The notes below the pieces were generated by a model, which searched no databases, was not told where the DNA came from, and was given only the letters and a program-made list of their open reading frames with translations. DNA of 64,000 bases from Podarcis filfolensis. Lineage: Eukaryota. Both the position numbers and the translations under genes were made by a program. Positions 1 to 10,168 of this stretch are shown piece after piece. The stretch lies in assembly GCA_964270895.1 (NCBI GenBank), contig OZ185443.1; one strand, 5' to 3'. Numbering within the stretch: position 1 is the first letter of the stretch; each line of letters starts with the position of its first letter.

Positions 1-810
1 TCATTCAGTTTAGATACATCTTTTTGGAGCTCTTTGCACACACACAACCCACATTTAACCACCCTGAACAATTGAGTATCACCAGCAAATTGGTTACCTC
101 ACTGCTCATCCCTAAGTCTAGATAATTGATGTAGTTGTTATTTAACTTTCTTACCCACCCTTCACCATAAGCTCCAAGGGTGGATTATTGAAATATAAAG
201 TGCAAGATTTAAATCCAGTTAAAATCAGAATCGTATGGTGTCTTCATTTATATATATCTCAGCTGTCAAAGGCCAAACTATTAATTCTCAAAAATGTTGG
301 GGGAAATGGGGGTGCATCTTCATGTTTGTTAACAGCTAAGAAGCCAAGATCTTTATAAAGTGATATGCCAAGTATTTATTTCAGATAAAGAAATACTTTT
401 ATCATTGTGGGCATGGGTGTGATATTGTGCTGCTGTTTATTACTCATAAACCATTCCACCACACTTGCATATTTCAAGTCTTAATGCAGATGATAATTCA
501 TGGAGACCTGTAATAGGCTTATTAAAATGAGCCATTACAATCTTATTATTGTTCAATACTGATATTGAGGCTGATAGTAATAAAAAGGGATGTGGCAAGG
601 TAGAGAATAAAAAGTCACAAAAACAAGATAATCAAAACATTATGCATTCTTTGGAATTTGAAAATTTTGATGGCTGAGAGAGCCATATAGTATGATGAAA
701 GTTTTGTGTAATGCAGGAAAGAAAGATTTAGGATGCAATTTATCTGCCTCATCCAATGTCTTGCTGGGCTCTCACCAGCAGGAAGGAATGAAAGAACAGT
801 TCTTTTCCTA

Positions 811-815
811 CACGC

Positions 816-849
<34 letters not shown>
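811..849. repeat. (CA)n microsatellite
   Basis: Direct reading: cacgcacacg followed by a pure CA run. Confidence 0.98.
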
Positions 850-851
<2 letters not shown>

Positions 852-1010
852 TAAAACACATTTGAACTACATTTCCCCTCTCAAACAATTCTGGGAACTG
901 TAATTTGTTCAGAGTTCCTGGGAATTGCTACTGTGTGCGAGGTAAGCTAAAGAATCCAACATTCTTTGAGGGAAATGATGTGCTTTGAATGATGTGCTTG
1001 AATCGACTGT
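850..1010. mobile_element. Degenerate palindromic MITE (non-autonomous DNA transposon)
   Basis: Imperfect inverted arms (catttcccctctcaaacaatt / attctttgagggaaatg) around ctgggaactgta. Same family as 4041-4210 and 17727-18215. Confidence 0.6.
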
Positions 1011-1830
1011 GTATATTGTATACACAGTAAAATTCTCATCTGCTTCTCTCCTGATTAACCTTTCCTTTAAATATTCCCTTCCCATTGTGAACAAATGAGA
1101 AGGAAATAAAGGATGCGACTTTTCTATCTGGATTGCAGCTATGCTGAGTGATTGTGAGAGCACTGGATCCATTAGATCCAGTGCTTCTGCTGGTCTGGCC
1201 CCAGGATGCCCTCTTAAAGATCCTACTGATGTTGGTAGGACAAGGGCTGTGGACATTTCTTTGGCAATGAGGATGTCTGACATCAGATTCCTCTTTCCCA
1301 GGTCTGTTTCTAGAGAAGGGAATCTAATGTTTCATACAACACTGATATGCCCTTTCAGGGATCATAAGGTTACAGGGTTAAGAACAGACTCATTTATTTT
1401 TGTTTTTAAGTACTTCAAACTACATGTTCTCCAAGCATACTGATCCCTTTATTTCATTTGGTAGTGCAATTTTGGCTCCAATCCTGTTGGCTCTCATCAC
1501 CAACTGAGATAATTGTTAGAGGGAATAATGCCAGCCTATGTCTGTATCCTTTAACATCTGGGTACCCCCAATAAAAGGGCCTGGGAAGGAGTATTGCTAT
1601 CCGGGAGCCCACATGGGGGATGGTGGGGCATAGCACCCCTTCCGGTTGGGGCACCAGAAGGAATGTCACACTTGAAATACATGTCAAAGGGTGGCCATTG
1701 TACCAGGTCCAACTCATCCCAGGTTCTACCAGTAGACAGGCTGTTGGAGAGCAGATACTTACCCAATGCTTTTGTGAAACCAGATTACATTTGTAATCAA
1801 TAAAGTCGTGGCCTAATTTACCCCATTAAT

Positions 1831-2532
1831 GTTGTTTAGTCGTTTAGTCGTGTCTGACTCCTCGTGACCCCATGGACCAGAGCACGCCAGGCACTTCTGT
1901 CTTCCACTGCCTCCCGCAGCTTGGTCAAACTCATTCTGGTAGCTTCGAGAACACTATCCAACCATCTCATCCTTTGTCGTCCCCTTCTCCTTGTGCCCTC
2001 CATCTTTCCCAACATCAAGGTCTTTTCCAGGGAGTCTTCTCTTCTCATGAGGTGGCCAAAGTATTGGAGCCTCAGCTTCACGATCTGTCCTTCCAGTGAG
2101 CACTCAGGGCTGCTTTCCTTAAGAATGGATAGGTTGCATCTTCTTGCAGTCCATGGGACTCTCAAGAGTCTCCTCCAGCACCATAATTCAAAAGCATCAG
2201 TTCTTTGGCGATCAGCCTTCCTTATGGTCCAGCTCTCACTTACATACATCACTACTGGGAAAACCATAGCTTTTACTATACGAACCTTTGCTGGCAAGGT
2301 GATGTCTCTACTTTTTAAGATGCTGTCTAGCTTTGTCACTGCTTTTCTCCCAAGAAGCAGGCGTCTTTTAATTTTGTGGCTGCTGTCACCATCTGCAGTG
2401 ATCATGGAGCCTAAGAAAGTAAAATTTATCACTGCCTCCATTTCTTCCCCTTCTATTTGCCAGGAGGTGATGGGACCAGTGGCCATGATCTTCATTTTTT
2501 TGATGTTGAGCTTCAGACCATATTTTGCGCTC
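1831..2532 (-). mobile_element. Bov-B (RTE-clade LINE), 5'-truncated, with 12-bp TSD
   Basis: Typical Bov-B C-terminal ORF and (CAA)/actaaacg tail. TSD TACCCCATTAAT at 1819-1830 and 2533-2544. Confidence 0.97.
1836..2495 (-). CDS. Bov-B reverse transcriptase C-terminal ORF fragment (not a host gene)
   Basis: Uninterrupted 219-aa ORF with Bov-B motifs: FTFLGSMITADGD, VFPVVMY, DAFELWCWRRLLRVPWTARR, YFGHLMRR, RGRQRMRW. Confidence 0.9.
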   Translation of the reverse strand: MKIMATGPITSWQIEGEEMEAVINFTFLGSMITADGDSSHKIKRRLLLGRKAVTKLDSILKSRDITLPAKVRIVKAMVFPVVMYVSESWTIRKADRQRTDAFELWCWRRLLRVPWTARRCNLSILKESSPECSLEGQIVKLRLQYFGHLMRREDSLEKTLMLGKMEGTRRRGRQRMRWLDSVLEATRMSLTKLREAVEDRSAWRALVHGVTRSQTRLND

Positions 2533-2599
2533 TACCCCATTAATAGTCTCCTGCATATGATTTACCACTGGCAATCCCCATTGGTAAGCAGTGTGCCTT

Positions 2600-4030
2600 A
2601 TGCACCTGGGACATACAATAATGCCAACCCATGTCTGACTACTACCTGCACATGGAAATTATTTAGCATGTGTATATATCACTGTTTGGTAAACCATGAT
2701 GAATCTGCAGATGCAACAGGATTGGGTAACTACAGTAAATGATCATCTGTGTTTTTAACAATGGGTTATCCAGCTGGTCAAACATGCTTTCAATAAATTT
2801 GTCAGAACCTTATCAAGAGCAAGATATACCAGGACTCACAGATGAGGAAAATCTCCAAAACTACCTTTAAAAGAACAACATCTTGACTGACTGGGCATTC
2901 AATAATTTCCCTTCAGATATTACTTCTCCTGCCCCCTGCTTTACTGTTACTATTTCACTTTCATTTACTCAGTGTGGTTCTGCCAGTTCAGGTGCTTGCA
3001 GCATTTGGTCTGGAGTATGTTTACTTGCAGACATGCTCAGTACTCCATTCCCTTTCTTCTCCTGACTCACTCCAGGAAAAGAAAAATTGATCCACTATTT
3101 GTTTAGGGCATTCATCCCCCTCCCCAATTTAGTTTTCATTAGAAGGTGCAAACTTTTTGTTACAATTTGTTTTGGTCAAGCATTGTTCTGGAGGAATTGC
3201 AGCTTCTATGAAAAAACACCCAGATCAGCTTATTTCCTTTTCCATACGTAATTGATTGGGAATCTTCTTTTTTCCTGAAGATTTCATAAGATAAGCATAT
3301 TCTAATGATGGAAGCATATATATTTGCACCCCTTTGCCCATCTCATTCATTATGAGTCACAGTGAGAGAAACCAGGATAATACCAGCAGCTCTCTGTCAT
3401 ATTAAGGATAAATATCTTCAGAAGATTTATGGATAAACAAAATCCTTTGCTCCTGAATTTTGAACAAAGCCTTTGAGTTTCTAGAGTTTAAGGGTTAGCA
3501 TTGGAGGAGAAATATATTGTCTGGAATTGAGAACTTTTCTGAATCTTTCATCTATTAAAATATATATCATTATTATTACCATGCTATTTGAGGTGCAGTT
3601 GTCATCTTCATATATTTGCTCTTCTCTTATATCTTCTGTAAATCATACATAGTAGGGATATCAGAACAGTAAAATAAATAAAGGTACAAAGTGCTATGCT
3701 TGAAGTCTGGTTGATGTATTTGTCTTACTGTGCAACCAATAAAGAAATATATAGGCCACTGATGATTACTTCTTTGAATACAATAACCCATTTCCTACCA
3801 CACAAGATATAAGCAACTTAATGGGCCATTCAGATATCCCCCACATACCCATATAGAAAATACAGGAGGGACCACATGCACTGGCCATGCCCCCTAGGGA
3901 TAAATGCCCTATGTGTGTAGAGTTCGTCCTCATGATCAAAAGCCCTGGTTGGCATGTCAAAGGGATGTAACTAGTAGGTTCATCAACCCTTGGTGGTCAA
4001 GGATTGGCAAGAGCAGTTCTAGTCTCCATT
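2600..4030 (-). mobile_element. Possible highly decayed LINE (endonuclease to RT region)
   Basis: Minus-strand translation gives PGLLIMRTNSTHIG near 3900-3950, resembling the APE endonuclease hhhGDFNAH motif. LDKVLTNLLKACLTSWI near 2760-2820 resembles early RT. There are many stops. Confidence 0.3.
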
Positions 4031-4040
4031 GTCACATTTT

Positions 4041-4210
4041 GGTCATAACCTCACCATACATTTAAAACTCATTTAAAGAACATGGCTTCACCTAAAGAAT
4101 CTTGGGAACTGGTCTTTGCCCCTCGCAGATCTACTATTCACAGCAAGCTACGGTTCCCAAGATTCTTTGGGGGAAGCTATGTGCTTAAATTGTATGGTGT
4201 GGATCTAGCC
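4041..4210. mobile_element. Palindromic MITE
   Basis: Inverted arms caccatacatttaaa...aaagaatcttgggaact / gttcccaagattcttt...ttaaattgtatggtg. Confidence 0.75.
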
Positions 4211-4250
4211 TTAATGGGTGCTTGAAGGGCTCTTATGAACACCCCCAAAC

Positions 4251-4601
4251 GTGGTGTTGTGGTCTAAACCACAGAGCCTAAGGCTTGCCAATCAGAAGGT
4301 CAGTGGTTCGAATCCCCATGACAGGGTGAGCTCCCGTTGTTCGGTCCCTGCTCCTGCCAACCTAGCAGTTCGAAAGCACGTCAAAGTGTAAGTAGATAAA
4401 TAGGTACCGTTCTGGTGGGAAGGTAAATGGCGTTTCCGTGCACTGCTCTGGTTCACCAGAAGCAGCTTAGTCATGGTGGCCACATGACCTGAAAGCTGTC
4501 TGCGGACAAAACGCCTGCTCCCTCGGCCAATAAAGCAAGATGAGTGCCGCAACCCCAGAGTCGTCCGCGACTGGACTTAATGGTCAGGGGTCCCTTTACC
4601 T
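4251..4601 (+). mobile_element. Sauria SINE (Squam1), near full length
   Basis: tRNA-like head with B box ggttcgaatcc, body ctcctgccaacctagcagttcgaaagcac, and 3' end gaccccagag...ggggtccctttacct. Confidence 0.93.
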
Positions 4602-5242
4602 ATATGTGCTTTAATTGTATGGTGTGATTGCAGCCTTAATGGGTGCTTGAACACCCCCAAAGGCATGGGCAGCGTAATACATCTCTTGGTAAAGTGCAGT
4701 AGATTTCTAATACTCAGCTAGGGATAGGGGACAGATTCAGTTTGATTTGCGTTTTAATGCCCACTTATTCAATCTGCACTTCCTGAAATGGTATGTGAAC
4801 TGAAACACAGCCATCCTTCAAAACCCACAATGCTGCAAATTTTGCAGACCCTACTTTTATTATGACATCTCTCCAAGGAGCTCAAAGCAGGAAATGTAGC
4901 CCTTCCTCTGCCTTTACAGGTAAGAACAAAGCACTAACAGTCCACTTAGGCTTGTGGACACAGTTTGTGGAACAGATTTGATTCACAAAAGTTTGCTCAC
5001 CATGGCATCGGTAGGCAACTTGCTGCAAATTGGCTAACTGGCTAGCTGCTCTTTGTAGTGACTGAATGAAGAAATGAAATACAGTGTTTGTTTTTCCTGC
5101 CTCATTAATCTAAGGGCAGGAAGTCAGCAGGACAAAGGTAGTCCCTTCACTACAGGGCAGACAGTATCACTAGGTTGTTGTGCAAATGGTAATAAATGTA
5201 GATTTGGGAGCAGGGGGTTGGGGGGAGGGGGACAGGGTCTGG

Positions 5243-5360
5243 TCTCCATGTAGGTCTGGGAATGTCCCCTGTTTGACACCCTGGAGAGTTATTGCTAGTC
5301 AGTGTAAACAGTAATGAGATAGATGGGCCAATGGTCTGGCTCAGTAAAGGCAGTTTCCTA
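5243..5360 (+). mobile_element. tRNA-derived squamate SINE (Squam2-like), 3' part
   Basis: accctggagag...cagtgtaaacagtaatgagatagatgggccaatggtctggctcagtaaaggcagtttccta matches the 3' half of the copy at 27841-28035. Confidence 0.7.
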
Positions 5361-6799
5361 ATCTCCATCTACTACTAATTGGCAACCGACTACGGTAATT
5401 TACAAAACAACACAGAACAGCTCCCTCTGCTTCACTGATGCATGGCTCTTATGACACTTTATTCTAAAAAGAAAAACAAAGAAAAGCAGCTTATCTCTTT
5501 AACCAGCAAACTGACCTGAACTGATATCCAAATAATTCTTCAAAATACACTGAAAATGCAAGTGTGACCGGACAAGTAGTGACTGTGTTGCATCATTTCT
5601 GAGTAACAGTTGGCAGACAGGTGTACAGTTGGTCACTTTATTTGAGCCTTACGTTGGTGTTAAAAATATTATTTGTTAATGCTGACTTTTTGGGAAATTA
5701 TGGCTCACACCTGCTCTTTTATTATATGCTTATTCAGGTGCATTTCAGCAGCACTTACCAAAGTATTAATAATTTATGGACTAATTGAATGCAGCCTATA
5801 AAATAAAGTGATCACAATTTATATCATCTTATTAATTAAAGCAAAATTTATCTTGGATAGAGGGCAAGCATAAGTCCTATGCAAAATTATGGCAGCCTTC
5901 TACTGCCACCCCCCTGCCTCCCCTTTGCACAGGAATGTCTTTAGCTCCTAAAACTCTGCCTTTAATATTTGATTAATTTCAACTCTATCATCTCCCATAA
6001 ATCTAATAAAGTAATAGGAAGCAAAAGTATATACGGGATGAAAATTGCTTCACCAATAAAAAAGGATAATTAATGGGAAGATTCTGTAACGTCTTGAGTA
6101 CTCATGATGCCCAACAAAATTGTGTCCTATACACACATAAAGAAAGCATGAAATGAAAAGTTCAGAATCGGTTAGCTATCCATCTTCAGGTTTTAATTAG
6201 GGATTCAGTCAGGAGTGCACTTTATGAGATGCTTCCATAGCTGCACAACAAACCATAGGATCAGGCTGAAATTGCAAGAAAATATTAAAGCATGAACTCA
6301 CTATAAAGGCTGATGGGTTTATATAGTGTTCTCTCTCTCTCTCCATTCACGTGCTATTCGTATTTAAGTTACATTTAAAACATAAATTGAATCAAACTAG
6401 CAGAAAATGGTTTTGGTTTCCTGCCTTCATTAACAGGCTTCCGCTTCATGGGAAATGGTTTGCATTCATACCCACTCATCTTGAAATACTTCTGTTGCTA
6501 GTGCTTCCTTCTCGTCTAAGAAGGTCATTGTCTCATCAGGATCAACAAACGATCATGAGTGAATCATGAATCACATTGGGAGAAATTCTTTCAAATGATA
6601 TGGTGCTTTGTAATTTACCAAGACAAATGACTCAGTTAAGAAATATGTTTTTCTATCAAGATCTGCCTGCCAGACTTCAGATTTCCATGCATCACTTCTA
6701 TATTGTGCTAAACCTACAAAATAAGTTTTACTTTTTTCACTCTTATGTTTTGTTCTTTTAGTGCTTAACTTTAGGTCAGGAATTTTTGCCCTGCATGCA

Positions 6800-7760
6800 A
6801 AAGGAGTAAGCTGTCCACCCGAAACAATGAATACCCTGAGGTAGGAAGTGGGCTAAAGATGACCACAACTTTATTGGTAACAGCATATTGGTTTGGAGTA
6901 ACATACGGTTAGGATCCTGTCATTGGCCAATATCTCTCCTCAACCTGACGGATGGGCACCAGAAAAATGTTTCAGGACTTACAGACCCAACATAATGCAA
7001 CCACCTATAGAGGGTCCTACCTGAAACCTGGGGGTGTGACTGTCAGCCTGACCTCAGGCAGCCCATCTGCTGGCCAATGCCTCTCCTCAGCCTAACTGCT
7101 GGGCACCAGGAGGGTGCTGTGGGATCCATAGGCCCACCACAATGCAGTCCACTCTTTTCTGCAACCTGGGATATCCAGTCCCTCAGCTGGAGCTGAGGCC
7201 TTCACATGCCACCACCCATGGAAGTAATCCTATTAGACTATAGATCCTATCCATTGCCCCACTGCCACAAAAGTAGAAGCACATGCTGAAAGTTTCACCA
7301 CTAGCCCTGTACGCAGGCCTGCATATCTGCCAGCTAAAAATCTGTCCCAGTCTATGAATGGGGTAGTCAGATGAGCTCCTCTCATTGGTGTGAAATACAC
7401 AGACTTTTCTCCTTGACCCATCCATCTTCACTAGATCATGTGTCCATCACCACACCCAATGTTCTAGCAAGTTGGACCACCAGACTGCAAGCCCCAGGAA
7501 GGACTTTGCAACTGGGTCAAAGTTCATTGTGATCACCAGGGCAATTAAGGGCATTCCTTTTTCCCAGATCATTCTTGCTAAACTGAATGAGCAAACTTCT
7601 GGAGAACTGTGTGTGGCTACCATCTCTGCGATCATGAGTACTAGGCCATCCTATGCCATGTTGCACATGTCAAACTAAGAGACTTGAGTTCTGCTGCCAG
7701 GACCCAAGTATGGGCCCCACATGGTGGTGATGGTGTGTTGGTGTACCCAGTGAATGATGC
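6800..7760 (-). mobile_element. Decayed Ngaro/DIRS-like tyrosine-recombinase retroelement, 3' part
   Basis: SGNH-like ORF remnants followed on the minus strand by a terminal region containing aataaagttgtggtc (6861-6875). Confidence 0.6.
7183..7700 (-). pseudogene. Frameshifted SGNH/GDSL hydrolase-like ORF of a retroelement
   Basis: Ordered peptide blocks across frames: PEV/LLIQFSKNDLGK (block III, hhhhGxND-like, 7562-7607), FLGLAVWWSNLLEHWVW, KMDGSRRKVC, RPAYRASGETFS (DGxH-block position, degenerate). Confidence 0.6.
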
Positions 7761-8739
7761 TATGCCCTCAAATCCAAATCTGCCTTGAGCCTACAAGGTG
7801 AAACACTCCATTATGAGCCTGGACCACAAGGAAGAAGTTCTCACCCTGATCTGTGTGCAATCCCTGCCCCTCAACAACTGGCTGAAGCCCAGATTGGCTC
7901 TCACTACATCACAACCTGGCCCAGACCACAGTGTAGCACACTCACTCTGAAGCTCAATTGGCTCCCTCCAAGCTTGGTGCATGAGAGACACAAAGATGTA
8001 GCAGAGATGGCAGCAAGCGTTGGCTTCCCCTCATCCTATTACTGAACATAAACAAAAATATATCTGTACAAGAAGAACATTGAAAAATGCAGCAAGAGCC
8101 ATTCTGCTTGAAACTGATGGATGGTACCAATGGACTTCTTGATGTTATTTGCCTGTTATTAATTGCACCCTTTGGTTTGTTAAAATCTATTTCATGCAGA
8201 GCTGGATTATCGGTGACTAACACTGATTTCCCTTTTACTAACGGAGTCAGGAGCAAAAGCAATTTTATATTCATTTGGGATGGTTTGATGTAATGTTTTT
8301 CAAATTACATTCTAGGAACCTGAGATTCTTTAGAAGCTTATTGGGTGTTATTCAAAGAGAAGCCCAATATTGGCAGAGAAGCTTTCCTGAACTCACTGCT
8401 ATCAATCAGACACTAAAAGGTATAACCACCAGGAAAAGTTGAGTGTACACTCTCAGTCCCTGTAAAATGATAGTGAAGCCCAGCAGTCCTAGATAGCACT
8501 TGGCTTGTGTGGATATTATTTATAGAAAAACATTTATATACCACTATTCATAAGAATATCAGAGTGGTTTACAACAATTATACATAAAACTATACAATAA
8601 AAATGTTAAATACAGAAACCAGCTAAGCTTATGGAAAGATGTATTCACCTGCATAAGCCTAACAGAACAGATAACTTGAAAGCTGAAAGAGAAGTTTCCT
8701 TTTAAATCTCTATTAGCTGTATTCCACAATAATGGGCTG

Positions 8740-9080
8740 CTGACACATTATTATTTTTTTAAAAAATTCACAATTCTCCGCATTGTTCTGATGCAGTTCT
8801 CCAACTGCAACAAAAGTGTACAAAAATATACTAAGAGAAGTCGCACACAAAATTGCACATGTTAGGAAAAACAACATACAAAAATAAAGTGGATTATAGT
8901 TTTGCTGGCAAAACTAGGCAAAAGTGCACAGAAAAATGTGTAATAGGAGGAATGTGAAGAAAAAATGCATTTTCATGCATTTTTTTTAAGGAAATGGATA
9001 CAGAAATGGGGTAAACTGGATTTAAGATTGTAAAAATGAGAATTGGAGAGAAATAAAAATTAATAGGTTTGTTCATCCCT
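8740..9080. mobile_element. Probable non-autonomous DNA element remnant
   Basis: A-rich body ending tttgttcatccct. A fragment starting agggat at about 4720-4850 looks like the complementary end. Family recognised from memory only. Confidence 0.4.
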
Positions 9081-9808
9081 GTTCGTAGCTCTGTATATCC
9101 TTATCCATAGCTCTATTGTACACAAAAGTAGTATGAAATTCTCTTACTAAATAAAAATAAAGTATACACAATAGTTTGGTTCCCCTCCCTTTGTTTTTGC
9201 ACTTTGATTCAAAATAGCTTCATTCACATTCATTTCACTCAACTGTTTTCTGCATCCACAGGCAGAGGCTTATGGAATCTACTCTGCTCTCTTCAATGAA
9301 ATCAGAATCAAAACTGTATTTTTACCACTGTTATTTGTTTCCACTGCATCCATTCATTTGTTAAATGGCTTGTAAATGATATACACATTAGCATCTCAGC
9401 AAACAAGGCTAATGGCAAATGGCATTTTCCTTTCCGATCTCTTCTAATTCTCTGTTTTCTTTCAAATCTTGCTATGCCCAGGGAGAATAATGGGAGCCCG
9501 GTGGTGTTTCAGATTAATGTTTTTGAGCTTTAGCCAAACTGCTAGCTAATATTGTCAGTTGGCTAATTTAGTGATGTTCCAGCAAAAAATCATAATTATA
9601 GACCAAAAGTATTTGTACTTCTTGTGCTGTGCAAGCAAAGCTAGGGCAACTACTTTAGAGGTGTATAATAATCCTTCTGTCTTTTAGTCCAGGTGGAAGC
9701 TGAGACGCATCCACCAGATACAGATTGCTCAGGCTAACTATTACCAGCAAGTTTGTGTCCTATGTGTCCTACACATAGTCCCATTTGCAGGACCACCATC
9801 ATTTAGTG

Positions 9809-10168
9809 CAGGGGTGGAGAGCTTTTTTCAGCTAGCAAGGTGCATTTATTTCTGGGGAACTTTCCAGGGTGGTTGAGGCCGAAGGCAGAAGTGATCAGAA
9901 CAATGGCTGTGACTCTTACCTTTGTTCAGTAGGCTACCGCCCTGCAACACAAAAATCAGAATTTTGTGCACACACAGAGAGATCCCCTCTCAAAGCCAGC
10001 AAGAGGCATGGTCACAGCACAAGGGCACATTCCAGCAGAGAAAAGCCCTCATGGAGGATGCACACAGGGGAAGGTTGGTGAGGACAGTGGTCTGGGAAGA
10101 GTCCCAAGAGACAAAGATCCCTGGTGGGGCACATTTGCCACTCCAGGGCCAGAAGTTCCCCACCCCTC
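9809..10168. mobile_element. hAT-like MITE
   Basis: Termini caggggtggag ... gttccccacccct are inverted. No TSD is retained. Confidence 0.7.

Larger units (their letters stand above)
1514..2590 (+). mobile_element. LTR-like/Ngaro-like terminal repeat relic, interrupted by Bov-B
   Basis: aataaagtcgtggcc at 1799-1813, preceded by acccaatgc...atttgta. This parallels the end of the 22256-23690 element (aaccaatgcc...atttgtatg...aataaagttgtggcc). Boundaries are approximate. Confidence 0.45.

Noticed and set aside
1864-2742. 292-aa plus-strand ORF, and similar ORFs at 49257-49544 and 57749-58228
   Set aside because: These are antisense shadows of Bov-B coding sequence.
6400-6570. Short open frames on both strands with exon-like composition
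   Set aside because: In-frame stops or the lack of a usable acceptor exclude a coherent exon.
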